A DNA stretch of 17,612 nt, taken from Pseudomonadota bacterium. Its GTDB lineage: Bacteria; Bdellovibrionota_B; Oligoflexia; Oligoflexales; RGVZ01. The notes under the pieces were generated by a model, which saw nothing but the letters and a program-made list of their open reading frames with translations, made no database searches and was not told where the DNA came from. Location of the stretch: positions 1 to 17,612 of the forward strand of contig JBEGVZ010000120.1 of NCBI GenBank assembly GCA_041178085.1. The letters are read 5' to 3'. The position numbers and the translations under genes are program-made. How positions within the stretch are numbered: the stretch's first letter is position 1; each line of letters begins with the position of its first letter. Of this stretch, positions 1-7,649 are shown piece after piece.

Positions 1-1
1 G

Positions 2-1408
2 CTGGTGTACATGTTCTTTGTCCTGAGTCCGGACAGTTTCGAATCCGTAAAGCGCTATTCCTATTACACAATCGTCAGTGATGCTGCCGGTATCATCTCC
101 AAGACACACGTGAAAACTAACGGTGTGATCGTCGGTAAAGTCAAAGAGGTCAAACTCGATGTCAACATGACCCGCATCGATATGGAGATCGATGCGAATG
201 TGAAGGTACCCGTCGGTTCTCACATTGAAGTGCGGACGCGCGGCCTTCTTGGAGACGTATTTCTTGAGGTCATCCGTGCAGAGGACTCCGGGCAGTACAT
301 ACCAGATGGTGGATTGATCCCAAGGTCTGAGGGATCCACCGACATGCAAGCAGTCCTGGCCCTTGCCGGGTCAATTGGCAAAGACGTCAAAAAAATCACA
401 TCCGTGTTGGCCGAGGCAATGGGATCTGATGATGGGAAGAGAAATATCAAGGAAATCGTCGAAAACATCCATGGTTCGACGACGGATCTGCGGACCACCC
501 TGGCGGCGCTTCGTGGCGCGATAGGGGACCGCCCAGAGGACGTCAAGGCAATCGTTGCGAACATCAAGGAATTCACAGCCGGCCTGCGGGATGTCATGGA
601 TGAGGACAACCGCGAGAAGCTGAACAACATCATCGCGTCTTTCGACGAATCAATGGGTGATGTCAAGGGCGCCAGCAAGAACATCCGTCTGATCGCAGAA
701 AAAATGGAGCGTGGCGAAGGCACGCTCGGCAAGCTCATTTCCGACGAGTCGACGATCTCTGAGATCGAAGGTGCAATCAAGGACTTGCGTGAGGTGCTCT
801 CGCCAGTCAAAAAGCTTGAAGTCGGGGTTGAGTATCGCGGTGAGTTCCGCAACGATCAGACCGGCCAGAACTACTTTAACATGGTGTTCCGTACGCGTCC
901 TGACCGGTATTACCTGCTTGGCGCAACGGATGTCCAGACCGAGCAGGTCGACCGGACGACCAAGACAATTACGGAAGAGCCTGCAGTGGACGACGATCCT
1001 GAGACAACGCAGACGCGAGAGACCATTCGTGAGCGCCAGGCACTTCGTTTCAACCTGCAGTTTGCCAAGCGGTTTGGTGTGATCGGGGTTCGCTTCGGCT
1101 TGTTTGAGTCCACTGGTGGCGTGGCGACGGACTTGTACTTGTTCCGGGATCGCTTGAAACTCAGCGCCGAGGCGTTCGACTGGAAGACGAAGGACAACGA
1201 ATACCGCAGGGTTGCCCACTTGAAGGCATACGCCAGCGTCCTTTTCTTCAACCATCTTTCGGCGATTGCCGGTGTTGACGACATCACCCGGCTTGACCCG
1301 GAGTCCGGCAAGGAAATTAAAAAACCAAAATACTATTTTGGTGCAGGCCTGAGCTTCAACGACAACGACCTTCGCGCCCTCTTTGGTGCGGCGGCACTTG
1401 CCCGCTGA
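2..1408 (+). CDS. mlaD: MlaD/MCE-family lipid transport protein, long form (MCE domain, helical stalk, beta-rich C-terminal domain); 5'-truncated by the window edge
   Basis: The frame is open from base 2 (LVYMFFVL, tail of a TM anchor). MCE motifs DAAGI..KTHVKTNGVIVGKVKEV and VRTRGLLGDVFLEV are present. A long amphipathic helical region with GEGTLGKLI follows, then alternating beta-strand segments. Confidence 0.88.
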   Translation: MVYMFFVLSPDSFESVKRYSYYTIVSDAAGIISKTHVKTNGVIVGKVKEVKLDVNMTRIDMEIDANVKVPVGSHIEVRTRGLLGDVFLEVIRAEDSGQYIPDGGLIPRSEGSTDMQAVLALAGSIGKDVKKITSVLAEAMGSDDGKRNIKEIVENIHGSTTDLRTTLAALRGAIGDRPEDVKAIVANIKEFTAGLRDVMDEDNREKLNNIIASFDESMGDVKGASKNIRLIAEKMERGEGTLGKLISDESTISEIEGAIKDLREVLSPVKKLEVGVEYRGEFRNDQTGQNYFNMVFRTRPDRYYLLGATDVQTEQVDRTTKTITEEPAVDDDPETTQTRETIRERQALRFNLQFAKRFGVIGVRFGLFESTGGVATDLYLFRDRLKLSAEAFDWKTKDNEYRRVAHLKAYASVLFFNHLSAIAGVDDITRLDPESGKEIKKPKYYFGAGLSFNDNDLRALFGAAALAR

Positions 1409-1418
1409 CTTGTTTGTC

Positions 1419-2057
1419 CTAGAGCACGCCTGACTCGTCGATGGCCGTCTTGCCTTCGAGCACCAGCTGCAACCTGATCTTGTCGCCCCGCCGCACGGGG
1501 CCTACCCCTTCAGGGGTCCCGGTGAAGATGATGTCGCCTTCGCGCAGTCCATGCGAAGCGTCCAGCACAGCAAGCAGATGGCTGCAGGGGAACATCATGT
1601 CTGCGGGACAGCCTTGTTGCCGTTGCTCGCCATTCACCCATAGTGTGAAACGCGCCGCATCAAGCATGGATTTGATCCCGCCTGCATCGATGTTTGCTGG
1701 CAGTTTGGTGAAGCCGGTCAGTACGGCAGCTCCCTTGAAGCTTTTGGCACTCGTCCAGGGCAGACCTTCCTTTTTGAGTCGGTTTTGCTCTTCGCGGCGG
1801 GTCAGGTCGAGTCCAAGGGCGACAGCTTCGATCCTTGCGGGGCTCGCGCCGCTGCCCGGACCTACACGCAACACAAGTTCAGCTTCGTGGTGAAATGTTT
1901 CGTCCTGGTAGGCCAGGACGCCTTCATCCTTGAGGCCCCTCAGTGCGGCCGGGGATTTCAGAAAAACGATGGGTGCGGCCGGCAAGGCGTTGCCCAGTTC
2001 CCGCGCGTGGGCCCCGTAATTGCGGCCAATGCAATAGATTGCTCGAATGTCGTTCAT
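1419..2057 (-). CDS. Fumarylacetoacetate hydrolase family protein (YcgM/FAHD1-like)
   Basis: Motifs IYCIGRNY..HARELGN, FLKSP, HHEAEL, GLDLTRR, PWTSAKSF and GDIIFTGTPEGVG. The start overlaps the methyltransferase stop (ATGA, 2054-2057). Confidence 0.93.
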   Translation of the reverse strand: MNDIRAIYCIGRNYGAHARELGNALPAAPIVFLKSPAALRGLKDEGVLAYQDETFHHEAELVLRVGPGSGASPARIEAVALGLDLTRREEQNRLKKEGLPWTSAKSFKGAAVLTGFTKLPANIDAGGIKSMLDAARFTLWVNGEQRQQGCPADMMFPCSHLLAVLDASHGLREGDIIFTGTPEGVGPVRRGDKIRLQLVLEGKTAIDESGVL

Positions 2058-2785
2058 TTGTCCGCCTTGACCAGTTCGATGTCCACAAAACTACAGAATT
2101 TCTTGTTTAACCGTTCCAGAATTCGATCGGCAAGCCGCCAGGCTGGAATGATCGTAGAATGTGCAAGGCTCCACCATTTCCGGCCGCCCGCCGCCCAGTA
2201 AAACAAGGGAGAGTGTGGGTCCACGCGCGCCAGTTCAAGTTCAGGCCAGCGCGCCCGGAACGTGTCCAAGTCGCGTTCAAAAACGATCCACGCCAAGGCC
2301 CCATTGGCGGTGATATGAGCCTCTGCATGCGTTTCTGGGGATTTAGGCAGCTCCCATCGGGGCGCCTCTGTATCGAAGGGCTCATGATGCATATAACGCA
2401 GCACCGGGCCAGAAATCCAACCCGGATACTGATCGATGATCAGCACCCTGCCACCGGGAACCAGGCAGCGTCGCGCTTCATCAAAAAATCGCGCAACATC
2501 CTGAATGTGGTGGAACGTGTTGAGCAGAAAAAACGTCCGGACAGACTGGTCGGGAAGGTCGATGTTGCGTGCATCAATCAGGCGTTCAGTGGGTAAGCGG
2601 GGGAAAAGGTCAGAGGTCAAAAGCTCCGGGACAAAATCCCGCGCAAAGCTGTCTCCAGAGCCAATTTCCACGGCGAGTCCATCCGACGGGCAACGTGCAA
2701 GGCAACGGGCATAGCGCTGGTAGCAGTCTTGGTAGAAGGACCGCAGGGCAGCTTTTTTGCGCGGATCGGGCAGTGGTGGAATCAT
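2054..2785 (-). CDS. Class I SAM-dependent methyltransferase
   Basis: Motif I AVEIGSGDS, LLTSD, IDARNIDLPDQSV, NTFHHI and RCLVPGGRVLII. Substrate unknown. Confidence 0.88.
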   Translation of the reverse strand: MIPPLPDPRKKAALRSFYQDCYQRYARCLARCPSDGLAVEIGSGDSFARDFVPELLTSDLFPRLPTERLIDARNIDLPDQSVRTFFLLNTFHHIQDVARFFDEARRCLVPGGRVLIIDQYPGWISGPVLRYMHHEPFDTEAPRWELPKSPETHAEAHITANGALAWIVFERDLDTFRARWPELELARVDPHSPLFYWAAGGRKWWSLAHSTIIPAWRLADRILERLNKKFCSFVDIELVKADK

Positions 2786-2791
2786 CCGGGA

Positions 2792-2820
2792 ATTTTACAA
2801 CCATTGAAATTCAATGGCAA
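2792..2820 (-). promoter_or_regulatory. Sigma-70-type promoter of the methyltransferase-FAH unit (TTGCCA-N17-TAAAAT)
   Basis: On the minus strand the -35 TTGCCA is at 2820-2815, followed by a 17-nt spacer and the -10 TAAAAT at 2797-2792. Only 6 nt separate the -10 from the ATG at 2785. Confidence 0.65.
2801..2817. promoter_or_regulatory. Perfect 8-1-8 inverted repeat CCATTGAA-A-TTCAATGG, candidate operator
   Basis: Exact dyad read from the sequence. It lies in the promoter spacer and overlaps the -35. Confidence 0.55.
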
Positions 2821-2950
2821 AAGTGAAAGCCAACCGTGGTTTTGCATTGGTATCCCCAGCTTCATTCCGTAGCTTGCCGCGCAATGGTCGGGGATTGAGC
2901 CATTTCGCTTGCCGGTACAGCTTTTTCGTGGGGATGTCCTTCGCGTTAAA

Positions 2951-3050
2951 TCGTCTTTTCATTTAAGTAGTTGTATTTATTGATTTTTTTATTTTAATAA
3001 TTTTATAATTCTTTTAAAAAACATTTGATTTTAATAAAATCATTTGATAC
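2951..3050. promoter_or_regulatory. AT-rich intergenic island containing the 8-1-8 palindrome TGATTTTA-A-TAAAATCA (3026-3042)
   Basis: 14 G+C in 100 nt by hand count, in an otherwise GC-rich window. Direct repeat CATTTGAT at 3022-3029 and 3041-3048. Confidence 0.55.
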
Positions 3051-3135
3051 CTTGAGATCGTCGCCGGTGCTCCCGGCAGCACGTTGTTGTTGAAGCGGAT
3101 GTTCCTAAGCTGAGTTGAAATGGAGACCCACCAAG

Positions 3136-4131
3136 ATGAAGCACAGTAGACCCCAGACCGTACTTGTGACTGCGACCCAGGTCCCGTTGATTCTGGCCAC
3201 CCAGACCGGTGTGACGCTACCAAGCACACGCATCAAATCAAAAAAACGCTGGGATACGATGGACTTGCTGAAGATCCTCGTGCCCGCCCTTCTGGTCATG
3301 GCGCTGGTTGCCTTGAAGACTCACGTTGCCTTTGGCGCTGACATCAATGGTGTGAACATTACCCCGCCGCAAGGTTGGGAAGTATCGGGCGGAACGGCTG
3401 GTTCGAGCCTCGTGATGCAGGAACCGGCTCCTAACATGGCGGAAGTGGAAAAGGCAGCCGCCAAGACCGGCAAGCCGCAGACGACTTTCCGGCGCAACAT
3501 CACCGTGGCAGCAATCCAGAAACCGGCTCCGATTGACGAACAGCGCGCGGTTGAACTCAAGACCGAACTTGAAAAGCGTTTTGGTCAAAGCAGCATGGCC
3601 CGGGAATACCAGGTCACCGAGCACAAGTTCTTCAATTACCGTGGCAAGAACGATGGCCTCGTGGTCTACGCTTCGATGGTCCTTAATGATGTGCCAGTGA
3701 TGCAAATGCACATCCTTGTATCTGGTGCGGAACAGCAGTACTTGCTCACTTACACCGACCTGGCGGAGTCGATCACCAATCCGAACAATCCCGCCTTTGA
3801 GGCAGCCTGGAATTCGATGGTTTCAATCGATGTGAAAGGCTCTGCTCCGCAGCGCGTGGACTACGAGAAAATCGGCATGGCGGCAGGTGGTGGTGTGGGG
3901 CTGCTGTTTATCGGGTTCTTGCTGGTTCGCTTGCTGCGCCGGTCAAACCCGCTGCGCGAGGCGGAAGCGATGCTCGCCGAGGAACAGTCTGCCTCGGGCA
4001 AGTCTTCCGACTTCCTCCTGGGTAGCAATCTGGCGACCCTGCCGGTTGCTTGGAAACTGGACGGATCAGGAGATGCCGGTAGCGAGGACATGTCGTTTGA
4101 CATGCCGGTCAGCTCGATCTCCAGCTTCTAG
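3136..4131 (+). CDS. Exported, membrane-anchored hypothetical protein with a possible DcrB/PsbP-like fold
   Basis: ATG 3136 is preceded by GGAGA; an alternative start is ATG 3259. Signal-like segment LLKILVPALLVMALVALKTHVAFG, then ITPPQGWEV, RRNITVA and QYLLTYT, a pattern reminiscent of PsbP/DcrB. C-terminal TM GGGVGLLFIGFLLVRLLRR. The stop overlaps the convergent gene's stop (CTAG 4128-4131). Confidence 0.7.
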   Translation: MKHSRPQTVLVTATQVPLILATQTGVTLPSTRIKSKKRWDTMDLLKILVPALLVMALVALKTHVAFGADINGVNITPPQGWEVSGGTAGSSLVMQEPAPNMAEVEKAAAKTGKPQTTFRRNITVAAIQKPAPIDEQRAVELKTELEKRFGQSSMAREYQVTEHKFFNYRGKNDGLVVYASMVLNDVPVMQMHILVSGAEQQYLLTYTDLAESITNPNNPAFEAAWNSMVSIDVKGSAPQRVDYEKIGMAAGGGVGLLFIGFLLVRLLRRSNPLREAEAMLAEEQSASGKSSDFLLGSNLATLPVAWKLDGSGDAGSEDMSFDMPVSSISSF

Positions 4132-5021
4132 TTTTTCTCGCACATCCTGGTCAGGGTGTTGAAGACCTCGTCGGCCGCGCAAGCGCCCGGCGAGGTCGTC
4201 ACGTCTACGGCACCGCCACCGCCCGGGAGCGCGCCCTGAATGTTGCCAGACCGCGGAACTTCCCTCAGTTCCACGGGATCCAACTTTACAACCGCGTCCG
4301 GATAACCTTCAAACGACACCGCAGCAAGGGTTCCCTGGTACTTCTGTCCGATGCCCCCGGCGCTTACCCAAAGATACTTGCAAGCAAACTTGGTGTCGGT
4401 GCGTACCTCTGCAACGAATTCAAATGTTTGGTTGGCTGTGTTCGCATCCGGATATTGTGCCACATTGGCCATCCGCGGCGTGCAATCCAGTGAGGCCGTG
4501 ACCGGGGCGTCGTTCTCCGCCGGCTTGTAGATAACCGGCACCTGAATGGTGAACGTCCTGCCGGGTTGGCGCGCGATCATGCGCTCAAAAACGGGCTGCA
4601 TGTTCGCACGCGCAATCAGCTGGCCAGTCATGGATTCGACCACGCGGATGTTCCTGCCCCAATAAAGCACGCCAGGCTCGGTGATGTATTTCAAATCAGG
4701 GGAACTGTAGAGGGCGCGGATCTTGAGTTCGCAAGTCTGGTCACGGGAAAACTTCTCTGCCTGGAAGCTTACCGTGCCATCTGCCTCCAAGGTCCCGTTG
4801 GTCCTTTCCACGCAGCCGGTCAGCTCATAGGCCCGCGGGTATTGGCTGTTGGCTTCCTGGGATGGAGTCTCGACGCCGATCAACGTCACGCTGAGTTTGC
4901 CAAGGTTGGCAGGGATTCGGCTGGCCTTCGCGGCTGTTCGACAGCCTGGCAGCATAGTGGCGATCAGAACGAGTGCGGACGTCGCCTTCAGGGTAACGAT
5001 GCGTTTTTTGCTGGGAATCAT
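4128..5021 (-). CDS. Hypothetical lipoprotein with paired cysteines
   Basis: ATG 5021 is preceded by GGGAG (the ORF extends to 5048). Basic N-region KKR, hydrophobic ALVLIATML, lipobox-like LPG-C, beta-rich body and six further Cys. Confidence 0.72.
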   Translation of the reverse strand: MIPSKKRIVTLKATSALVLIATMLPGCRTAAKASRIPANLGKLSVTLIGVETPSQEANSQYPRAYELTGCVERTNGTLEADGTVSFQAEKFSRDQTCELKIRALYSSPDLKYITEPGVLYWGRNIRVVESMTGQLIARANMQPVFERMIARQPGRTFTIQVPVIYKPAENDAPVTASLDCTPRMANVAQYPDANTANQTFEFVAEVRTDTKFACKYLWVSAGGIGQKYQGTLAAVSFEGYPDAVVKLDPVELREVPRSGNIQGALPGGGGAVDVTTSPGACAADEVFNTLTRMCEKN

Positions 5022-5098
5022 CGAGCAAGCTCCCGATTGTGCTGGCATACCGGATGACTTTGTATCATTGATAGGATGTTACCACAGGAGTCCGCACG

Positions 5099-5587
5099 AT
5101 GAGCCCAAAAAACCCTGTCGCAGCCGACATTGCGCCACACAAATGGTTCTGGGACGTTCTCAATGACTACCTTGCCCGTCAGACCTTGAAACAAACCCGG
5201 CAACGCAAGGTTGTCGTCGAAGAATTCCTGCGGGTTGACCGCCATGTTGATGCCGAGGACCTTCACAACATCGTTCGCAAGCGGGACCCCCGTGTCGGGC
5301 TTGCGACCGTTTACCGGACTTTGAACCTGCTCAAGGAAGCCGGGCTTGCAGATCAGAAGTCTTTTCGTGACGGCCGGTCAGTGTTTGAGGTCCATCGCCC
5401 CGATCACCATCATGACCATCTTGTTTGTCTGGATTGCGGACGTGTCATGGAATTCGAAAATGCCCAGATCGAAAAATTGCAGGCACAGGTTGCCACTGAA
5501 CTGGGCTTCCAGCTTACCGGTCATCGTCTTGACCTTTATGGGAAATGCAACCGCAAGGCATGCGAGCGCAAGCCACCTGTGCCATAA
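5099..5587 (+). CDS. fur: Fur-family transcriptional regulator
   Basis: LKQTRQR, HVDAEDL, VGLATVYRTLNLL, HHHDHLVCLDCG and C-terminal LYGKC. RBS CAGGAG upstream. Fur versus Zur/PerR is not certain. Confidence 0.9.
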   Translation: MSPKNPVAADIAPHKWFWDVLNDYLARQTLKQTRQRKVVVEEFLRVDRHVDAEDLHNIVRKRDPRVGLATVYRTLNLLKEAGLADQKSFRDGRSVFEVHRPDHHHDHLVCLDCGRVMEFENAQIEKLQAQVATELGFQLTGHRLDLYGKCNRKACERKPPVP

Positions 5588-5620
5588 CCCGCGCCGCGCA
5601 AGTCAGCCAAAGTCACTGGA

Positions 5621-7501
5621 TCAAGGTGACTGATTCGAAGGCGTGTTGGACCGGTCCCGGAAGGCCTTGAAAGAATCACTCCAGATCTTCCCCGCACTGG
5701 GTGCTGACTCCCGGCTTGTGCTGATGACACCCGCAAGGGCAACGAACAGGACCATCACCCACAAAAGTGTCAGTGCGGCGAGCCTGAACCTTCGGTCCTT
5801 CCGATAGCGCTTTCTGAGGGTTGCCGGAAGGTCAAGAATGCTCTGAACGTGATAACGCCAGTCTGGTTTTTCCAATTCCGCAGTTTTTGCCTTGCCTTCG
5901 GCAACCGCCGGCCCAGCGCTGGTAGCATTGCGTGCCGCGGCAGTCTCCGCTGCAGCCGATCTTCCCTCAACCTTGGCTGGGGCAATGGCATCAGAAATAA
6001 ATTTACTGGCACTTTCGCCGGCTGCCCCAGTGAATTCCTGGTCTCCAGGCGTGTGGGTAAATGCCTTCATCTGCTCTTGCACGAATTGCGGAAGTGCTTC
6101 GGAAAGTTGTCGGCGCTGTTCTTGATCCAGGTCCGAGAAAGCGAAGTCGGCCACCCAGGGGTGGAGCGCCCGGTCGGGGCGTGGGTCTTTGTATGAACTG
6201 GTCAGTTTTGCGAACAACGGACGACCGTATAGTTTGGTCAAAAGTGGCGCTTCGATCTTGACCAGTGCAAAGCGTCCGACTGGCAGCCCAGTCATGACGC
6301 TGCCTTGCAGAGGGTGGATCCTGCCGAGGCGAGCAGGGACGCTGATCTCGGCGAACGACAGCGGATGCTCGGGCGGCAGGAATACTGCATCCGACTGCAT
6401 ATCCGCATGAGTCATTGCCGAACGGCCCATGAATCGGTGTTTGATTGATTCCCGGATGATATCGATGCGTTGTGGCATCTGGAATACCGGGCGGTGATGG
6501 TACAGGGCGCGCAAACTGGCGAAATCAACCTTGTCACCGATGACGAGAACCGGCACGTGGGATTCGACATTGTTCATCATCCCGGCGAATCCGGCGCCCC
6601 CCCCTTCGCTGGCCACAACGTCCTCGACGATCACGATGTCTGGCGAGAAATATTTGGGTTCAATGGTGATGCCTTGCTTGTGCAATGCAGCGGAGACCTT
6701 GAATGTCGGGGCCGGCAGCGCTTCGATCAACTCGTTCCGCAGTTGGGACGACTCCAGGGCAAGGAAAATCCTGCAGCTTGGTCCGACGCCGGAGGCTCGC
6801 AGGTCCTTCAGCACATATTTGACAGGTTGCTCGAACTTTTCCGGTACGGACCACCTGCACACAGATGCCTGCGAAAACCGGTAAAACAGGTAGCTGTTTC
6901 GCGTGGAGACGACTTCCATCTTGAGTGATGAGATCCCAACGGCGTCCGCAAGGCTGCCGTGCAGGTTGAGCGTCGTTCCAGGCGGTGCCTCAAGGCGTGA
7001 CTCCACCCAGATTTGCTGCCCGGATATCCAGACAACTCTTGCCGGTACGTGTACGGACGCGAGCTGGTTCATGCCAATCATCGCGGACGTCTGGGGGATC
7101 GTGTCCGGATTGGTCGATGTAGCAAAAGCAAAGCGGGACGCCCATTGGGCAGGGGGCAAATCCAGCGGAAGGATGTCCCGGAAGTTGAATGCTGCTGCCA
7201 TGGCCATGACCGGTGGGCGGGGGTGGTTGTTAGCCAGTACGAAGCGGACACCCTGCAGTTCCGGCCGTTGCGCAAGGTATCTGACGGCGGCTGCATCCCG
7301 TTCCAGGCTGCCCAGGTCCCCAACCACGATCATCGCGGTTCTTCGCGCAGCAAGTGCCGACATGAGCGCGTCCAGCGTCGAGAAGAAATCGCAGTGATAT
7401 CCTTCTGTCTTGAGTTCCTGTTCGATCGCGGTCACCTGGCTGCTCAGCTTGTTCGTCAGCCAATAGATCCGTTTTCGCCTTTGCATCGCTGCGCGTTCCA
7501 T
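5621..7501 (-). CDS. Hypothetical signalling protein: two degenerate receiver-like + PilZ-like modules and a C-terminal TM helix
   Basis: ATG 7501 is preceded by GGGGA (the ORF extends to 7519). REC-like segments RIYWL..EGYHC..MIVVGD and RIFLA..SPDIVIVED..VPVLVIG are each followed by a VPAR-starting beta-rich segment. TM LAALTLLWVMVLFVALAGVI. The domain calls are inference. Confidence 0.65.
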   Translation of the reverse strand: MERAAMQRRKRIYWLTNKLSSQVTAIEQELKTEGYHCDFFSTLDALMSALAARRTAMIVVGDLGSLERDAAAVRYLAQRPELQGVRFVLANNHPRPPVMAMAAAFNFRDILPLDLPPAQWASRFAFATSTNPDTIPQTSAMIGMNQLASVHVPARVVWISGQQIWVESRLEAPPGTTLNLHGSLADAVGISSLKMEVVSTRNSYLFYRFSQASVCRWSVPEKFEQPVKYVLKDLRASGVGPSCRIFLALESSQLRNELIEALPAPTFKVSAALHKQGITIEPKYFSPDIVIVEDVVASEGGGAGFAGMMNNVESHVPVLVIGDKVDFASLRALYHHRPVFQMPQRIDIIRESIKHRFMGRSAMTHADMQSDAVFLPPEHPLSFAEISVPARLGRIHPLQGSVMTGLPVGRFALVKIEAPLLTKLYGRPLFAKLTSSYKDPRPDRALHPWVADFAFSDLDQEQRRQLSEALPQFVQEQMKAFTHTPGDQEFTGAAGESASKFISDAIAPAKVEGRSAAAETAAARNATSAGPAVAEGKAKTAELEKPDWRYHVQSILDLPATLRKRYRKDRRFRLAALTLLWVMVLFVALAGVISTSRESAPSAGKIWSDSFKAFRDRSNTPSNQSP

Positions 7502-7649
7502 GGTGTCCCCTGGTTGCATGGACCTTTTTGCCTACTGAAGAATCGGTTGTTTTTTGGTTATATTGAATGGAACGCCCCGGGATGGTTGCGTGTATGGTTA
7601 CGACAACGGTCGCGGCCGCACGGGGCAAATCACACCGGAGCCCCATGTC

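Noticed and set aside
2803..2809. ATTGAAA resembling a CRISPR repeat end
   Set aside because: Single copy, with no repeat-spacer array and no cas genes.
2951..3050. AT-rich stretch as an oriC unwinding element or dif site
   Set aside because: I found no DnaA boxes (TTWTNCACA) nearby, no dnaA/gidA context and no XerC/XerD arm pair.
7617..7645. GCACGGGGCAAA upstream of prc resembles the 5' end of a c-di-GMP-I riboswitch
   Set aside because: No GNRA-capped stem and no GACGCAAAGC/P2 region follow, and the start codon comes too soon.
7554..7649. N-terminal 32-codon extension of prc in the ORF track
   Set aside because: ATG 7650 has a GGAG RBS and gives a proper signal peptide, so the upstream part is most likely promoter/UTR.
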